NCBI GenBank assembly: GCA_002269645.1
Contig: NIVC01000540.1
Location: forward strand, 248,001 to 312,000
DNA from: Macrostomum lignano
Taxonomy: Eukaryota
Length of the DNA: 64,000 bases
Reading direction: 5' to 3'
The notes below the pieces were generated by a model, which was given only the letters and a program-made list of their open reading frames with translations, searched no databases and was not told the DNA's origin. The position numbers and the translations under genes were made by a program. Positions 62,433-64,000 of the stretch are shown here, in pieces. The number at the start of each line of letters is the position of its first letter. Position 1 is the stretch's first letter.

Positions 62433-63014
62433 TTAGAGAACGCTGCAGCTAGGGTTTGGCTTCCTGTGCGGCTTTGTTGGCATCATCACTGCTCGAATGG
62501 CCTCATCGAACACAGTTTTAAGTCCCATCTGCATGCGAGCTGAACACTCCAGGTACTTAACCGCGTTGATCTCCTTGGCTAGTGCCAGGCCCTGCGCCTG
62601 AGAAATCGGAGCCTGATTCTTGCTCTTTAGTTTATCAATGGTATCCTTTTCCTCCCGAAGGTCCATCTTGGTTCCAACTAGCACGATTGGCTTGTTAGGA
62701 CAGTGGTGGCTCACCTCCCGGTACCATTTGGCTCGGACATTCTCATAGCTGGCTGGGCTTACTAAGGAGAAGCAGACCAGGAACACGTCCGTATGCGGGT
62801 AGCTCAGCGGCCTCAGCCTGTCGTAGTCATCCTGGCCTGCCGTGTCCCACAGGCCTAAGTTGATGGGCTTGTTATCGACCATGACGTTTGCTGAGAAGCT
62901 GTCGAACACTGTTGGAATGTACTCGCTTGGAAAGGTGTTGGTTGTGTAAGAAATCAACAGGCAGGTCTTGCCGACACCTCCGTCGCCGACAACAACGCAC
63001 TTGATTGACTGCAT
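62433..63014 (-). CDS. Rac-like GTPase, intronless, 193 aa, CAAX CSVL
   Basis: [64 protein letters not shown]; clearly in the Rac subfamily. Confidence 0.95.
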   Translation of the reverse strand: MQSIKCVVVGDGGVGKTCLLISYTTNTFPSEYIPTVFDSFSANVMVDNKPINLGLWDTAGQDDYDRLRPLSYPHTDVFLVCFSLVSPASYENVRAKWYREVSHHCPNKPIVLVGTKMDLREEKDTIDKLKSKNQAPISQAQGLALAKEINAVKYLECSARMQMGLKTVFDEAIRAVMMPTKPHRKPNPSCSVL

Positions 63015-64000
63015 GGCTATGTTTTATCAGTAGCTGTGTGCCTGTTCGCAACAGAGGAAGGTCACTTTATGCTGAATCAAGCCTCAGTCTGGGGTCGGCT
63101 AGAGCACTGAGCCATTGCTTTTTCAACGCACAATAGGCTATAAATGCAGCACAGCTGGAGGGCAAGGGGAGGGTTTCAAATTTGAGTTTCAGATTTGGTC
63201 AGCTTCTAAAAATAGTACAGCAGTCTCTCGGGGTAAGGTGGACGTTGTAGGTCACTGGGTGGGTACCTGGGAGAGTGGGGTACTCGGAAAACATTCGAGT
63301 CTTCAACCAATCAGTGGAAAGAGCTTGAGGTGTTACCGCGACAAAATTGGCCTGCGTCAGCCTCAAAGCGTACTAGTTTTTCTCTTCAACTAATTATTAT
63401 TTCGGCTGTTTTCGTACGAGTGTACGCTTTCAGCGAATGCTATTCTCAATATAGAGATAAAAAAAGAGAGCAAAAAAGCTGGGGCTTATGCCAGTCGCAC
63501 GAGGTCTAGCGTCTCACAGGCGTTTACGAGTCGCAATTTACATCCGGTTGAGAGAGCAATTTGGGCCGAGTAGTTTAGTTATGCTCTTACCGGGAGTAAA
63601 CAAGCTAAAACCTGGAGTTTTAGCAGCAGTTAGTCTGATTCTTTACCTATTGTGCAAAGAATACGCTGGATAGTGAATACACGTTACGAGTAGTAATCAA
63701 TTCTGGGTGAATTTTATTTATGTGAATAAATTTTTCAGGTCTGAATTATTCAAAACTACACGTAGCGACGAAAGTGCGTTTACGCTTATTACTCGAATAG
63801 TAGCTTTCTAATCGGTCGCATTCAAGACTTGTTATCTAGAAAGTTTACTTATAGTTTATTTATAGTGTACTTATATTTTACTCAGTTGCATCACTTTATT
63901 AAATGAAGTTTTTCATGACTAGGCCTGCCAACAAAAGTCCAGATTTTTTAGTAGCTAGATTTTCTTGCCTAAGCTGGATCTGAACTTGTTAAATATGAAA

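Overview
Eukaryotic (invertebrate animal-like) genomic DNA with AT-rich intergenic sequence, GC-rich exons and many repeats. From left to right: (1) a near-perfect inverted duplication of at least 1.57 kb per arm (1-1570 / 1791-3360) carrying nested MITEs with 8-bp target-site duplications; (2) an intact Helitron-like element of the Helentron/Helitron2 (HLE2) type. Its RepHel gene is spliced in three coding exons (8299-8377, 9157-9528, 9714-15742; 2159 aa), carries an AT-hook-like motif and an OTU protease domain, and is followed by a 3-kb minisatellite; (3) a multi-exon ATP9-type P4-ATPase flippase gene (probably 22141-46934) in which most introns carry their own unrelated minisatellite, and whose probable 9.8-kb first intron holds MITEs and a non-autonomous canonical Helitron; (4) RPL10; (5) six intronless Rho-family GTPase genes in 13 kb (50109-63014). 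These include a tandemly duplicated Rac1(+)/divergent-Rho(-) pair whose second copies both lost a terminal CAAX box, and paralogs with natural substitutions at the classic effector-loop positions 37 and 40. A degenerate Crypton-like tyrosine recombinase fragment and an ATP9 exon remnant lie inside the duplicated unit. All calls come from manual reading of the sequence; no searches were run.
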